Source: Lama guanicoe (Eukaryota). From it: a stretch of 64,000 nucleotides of DNA. The notes beneath the pieces were generated by a model. The model was not told the origin of the DNA. It did not search any database and saw nothing but the letters and a program-made list of their open reading frames with translations. The stretch lies in contig MU054117.1 of assembly GCA_013239625.1 (NCBI GenBank), forward strand, positions 2,602,011-2,666,010, in the 5' to 3' direction. Below, in pieces: positions 60,470 to 64,000 of the stretch. Positions within the stretch are counted from its first letter, which is position 1, and every line of letters begins with the position of its first letter. A program made the translations under genes and the position numbers.

Positions 60470-60810
60470 CATACTGTTTGGTTTTTCATTATGCACAAGC
60501 TCAGTGTGAACCATGACTGTGCTGTGGCTGCCAGCCAAGCCAGGGGCGGCTTGGGCTGGATTACCAGAAGTATAGAGCTCAGAATGGAGGAGGGGAGAGT
60601 GGCGTCTTTGCACACTGCACTGTCCTTGCAGGGCTGGAGGCTAACTTTCAGTGGTGGAGGGTGGCTCAGAGATGAAAGCCCTTAAAGCCCTTTCCTGGGC
60701 CGGGGGAAGTTGGGGAAGGGCGCTGTTAGGTCCGGGACTTCAGGTGCATAAAGGCCTGCGCACGCTCCTCCTCAGCGGGTTGCTTGGGCAGAACCAGGAC
60801 TAATGCCCAT
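60470..60810 (+). mobile_element. L3/CR1 LINE ORF2 fragment
   Basis: Translation HKLSVNHDCAVAASQARGGLGWITRSIELRMEE...SLHTAL matches CR1 ORF2 [42 protein letters not shown]. Confidence 0.75.
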
Positions 60811-62889
60811 TAGCCACAAGGAAGCTGGCTCCTGAGTTAATGAGGAAGCACTCTTGGTCAGTTAGAGTTGTGCCAAAAGGAGTGGAGGGTGTTGCTGGCT
60901 GGTGAGCACTGGGACTCCAAGGGGCTTAAGCAGAGGCTGGACCCCTGGGGCCAGGCTCAGGTACACAGAGGTGCCTCCTCACTGGGGCCCCACCCCCTCC
61001 GTGCCCTGATCCTCCTGCCTGCTGGGTGGCTTTGGCGAAGGTGTCTCTGTGACTTTGTCCCCTCCTTGCAGAAGTGGAAGCACTGCCCGGCTGCTCCTGC
61101 CTCCCTCTGTGGCCGTGAGTGAAGCTGCAGGCCCCTTGGAGGCCAGGGCAGCTGAAACACAAAGTAGCCACCCCGCTCGTGGCGCAGACACAGTGCCCCT
61201 CTCCCAGTGATGGAGTCCCCGGCAGCCGGCTTCTCCCGGGGCCGGCAGGATCATTACCAGCCCATACATGGGCCGTGGAATTTAAGTCGTTTTGGTTTTC
61301 TCTTTTATTCTCCACATCCACTAATTTATTAAATGCCGTTAAATGCTGGTGCTTGGCCCTGGCTTGTGGAGCACAGGGTGTGGGGGTGAATGTTTGAAGG
61401 GCCTCTGCAAAGCCAAGGGGGCGGGAGGGTGCAGGGGCTGGGTTGAGGGCCTCTGCAGAGACACCGAGGCAGCGGGCATGAAAACAGTTGGGGTGTGCTG
61501 AGCTGTGGGGGGCTAGAGCAGGCTGAGCAGGTGACTTACAGGCACGGGCGAGGGGCTGCAGGTGAGCTGGGGGTAAACTGGCACTGGTGGGGGTGAGGGG
61601 CTGCAGGGCTTCGTTTTCAGGCAGGTTTATGTGTCTGGGTCTGGTGCTGTTCCCAGGCCCTCCCATCCATCCTTCCATCTATCCGTGGAACAAATATTTA
61701 TGTAGTCTCCAGGCATGATCTGGGGGTGGCATAGAAACAGCTGAGACATGAACCTGGCCTGGGGCGCTGGGGTATTAGTGCGGGTGGGCAGCGTGTCTGC
61801 ACAAAGGGCTGGGCGGGGATGTGCTGCCCTGGGTCCAGCTCTGGCACAGGAGGTGACCCCAGGCAGGGCCGTCCTGCACGCAGGAGAAATGGCTGCAACT
61901 GTGAGGGGTCACGGGCAGTGGCTGTGCCGGAGCCCTAAGCAAGCGGCGGCGGGAGCTCAGGAGGGAGGTGGGTTCAGGGGGCTTCACCCCCACAGAACTG
62001 GGATGCTGCATAAAAAATACATAAGGACACATGGCAGAAACTATATTAAACTATATTAAAATGATAAATCAATATGGTTCCAACTGAAGATCGGGAACAT
62101 GCCATGGGGTGTTGGCTAATTACAGCAGACTTTATAAATGAGGCCATAGCCTGCCGGCCTCACTCTGCCTGCTGGGCATCTGCAGGATGGGCCCAGGGTG
62201 ACGAGGAATCCTGATGCCGAGACTCTGAAGGGGCTGTACCTTCTCCCTTCTGCGGGGTCAGTAGAGGGCCCAAATGGGAGAGCCTGGAGGAGGGGGACCC
62301 ACTGGCATTTGCCAAGGGGAGGTGCTGTTCTAGGCCCTGGGGATTTAGTAACAGACAAAACAGACCCAAACCTTGGCCCCTGGAAGGAGCAAGGCAGGGC
62401 AAGCCAAGGGTGGAACTTGTTAGCTCCTATCTGGACTTGGGCTCCTTTGGAGCCTGAGTGGGAAATACTTAGAAGTGCCCTTGGGTGGGGGCAGGGCAGG
62501 GACAGGAGGCTTAGTGGCCAGGGTGGCCCCTAGACCTGCCCCCGCTTGGAGAGGGCCTCCGACCAGGCCCGGAGGCCGCAAGGTGGCTGGTCCCCGTCCC
62601 CTGAGTCACCCGCCTCACCCCGGAGTTCCCTCCTGCACTGGGCTTGAATCTGGCCTGCTGTCTCAGCCGAGACGAGCCTCTGCTTTTGGAAGGGCATTTT
62701 CCCAAATGCCACCCGCTAGGCTCTCCAGCTCCGGGCTGTGTCACTGCAGGCCCTGCCCGCTCCCTGTGTTCCCTCCTCCCGTCCAGCCTCGCCCTCCCCG
62801 CCCCTCGCCCCTGCGCAGCCTTCAGAGGTGGCTTCCTGTGGTCCTGCCCTCCTGCCCAGCAAACCCTTTCTTCTGTCAACCCCTCCCTC

Positions 62890-62969
62890 CTGCCCTGCCC
62901 TGGCCCTCAGCCCCTGGACTGCCCTGCCCTGGCCCTCAGCTCCTGGACTGCCCCGCCCTGGCCCTCACC
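62890..62969. repeat. 29-bp minisatellite x~2.7
   Basis: ctgccctgccctggccctcagcccctgga / ctgccctgccctggccctcagctcctgga / ctgccccgccctggccctcacc. Confidence 0.9.
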
Positions 62970-64000
62970 TCGTGTGTGTGTGTCATCCCTCTCAGAGCCC
63001 GGGTGCTGCCCGCCCCTGGAGGACCACCGCAGATCCTCTGTCTGGTGGCCGTCTTGTCCGGGAGGCCATAGCCAAAGGGTGGACACCTGGCCCAGGTGCG
63101 GGGCCCGGGCAGGGATTCTCAACCTCTTGGCATTTGGGGCAGAAGGTTCTGTGTGGTGGGGGCTGCCCCAGGCCCTTTCGGATGCCTAGCAGCATGCCGG
63201 GCCTTGGCCCACTAAGATGCCAGCAGCTCCTCCTCCCCAAATTTGTGACCACAAAACCGCCTTCAGACGCAGCCGGCCATCCCTGGGAGTAAAGTCACTC
63301 TGGTTGTACCACTGGGCTTGGGGAGAGACCAGTGCATCTCAGGCTTGGGGCCTGAGAAATTCTCTAGTCCAAATGCCACATTTTAAAGGAAATTGGGCCT
63401 CAGAGAGGGAGCGTCTCAGTGTCACACTGGGGAGCAGTGTAATGGAGGAGGTGTTGTAGAAAAAGGGTTCAGGCAGCTCTCTGCAGGCTGGGCTGAGAAA
63501 CAGAGGCCAGAGGCTGGCAGGGGTGCGTGGCCAGGACCTGGGCGTGGGGCTCAGGCATTGGCATTGGCCTGGCACCTCTCACCTGTCAGGGGCTCAGTGT
63601 GCACTCATGGTCTCCTTAGTGCGGTGGTGTCACCGGGGTTCTGCACCAAAAGCCAGGAGGCCAGGTCCTGGGCCCGGCGTGGTGGTATGATGGCCTCTCA
63701 GTGTCCTAATCTGTGAACTTAGGGCCCAAGGACTCTGCTGGTTCTGAGTCAGAGATGGGAGCAGGGGTCCATCCACTTCAGCAGGAGGATATGCGGTGAG
63801 CAGGGCTCCTCGTTGCCTGCAGGGCCTCGTTCACTCAGCGGCAGCCTTGCGGGGGTGGGGCTGGGCGTGCAGCTTGGAGAGGACAGCTGGGGAACTTGGG
63901 TCCAGGCTGCTGGTGGGGGCAGCAGGCCCTACCTGGGACCTACCCTGGGGCAAAGTGACCTAGGACAGGAAGTGAGGAGGAAGCAGACATGGGGCTCGGG

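Larger units (their letters stand above)
1607..64000 (+). other. Probable very large first intron (continues past window end; small alternative exons cannot be excluded)
   Basis: Starts with GTAAGT. The rest is dominated by ancient interspersed repeats, and no internal exon with acceptor, donor and coding-like codon usage together was found. Confidence 0.6.

Noticed and set aside
18093-62969. Short tandem repeats as CRISPR-like or other array systems
   Set aside because: The units are directly adjacent without unique spacers and the context is a mammalian intron. They are ordinary minisatellites.

Overview
Mammalian genomic DNA from a GC-rich isochore. The host is most likely a camelid (camel or alpaca), inferred from a tRNA-Ala-like SINE head at ~7512-7562 and a young L1 3' end at ~10021-10303. 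The window opens on a CpG-island promoter with CCAAT and GC boxes, Z-DNA and G4 tracts, and a TAAT-N3-ATTA homeodomain palindrome. This is followed by the first coding exon of a + strand gene: ATG at 1271 in strong Kozak context, MEKSSSEDSSIHRSPSLDSKDSDFAKPSTSGRPFGRGF..., ending at a G|GTAAGT donor at 1606/1607. The exon is interrupted by a 140-nt assembly gap (1466-1605), and I could not identify the gene. The remaining ~62 kb looks like one very large intron. It holds old MIR, L2, L3/CR1, L1M and hAT (MER5-like) fragments, a few micro/minisatellites and several motif-dense enhancer-like islands. I found no convincing second coding exon, and nearly all ORFs in the supplied track are stop-poor GC-rich artefacts. 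I found no evidence of a novel multi-gene system. The best leads are the unidentified N-terminal exon, its overlapping out-of-frame uORF and in-frame alternative donor, an apparent AT->GC drift of the repeats, and several candidate enhancers. Repeat family names come from recalled consensus sequences and their boundaries are approximate.
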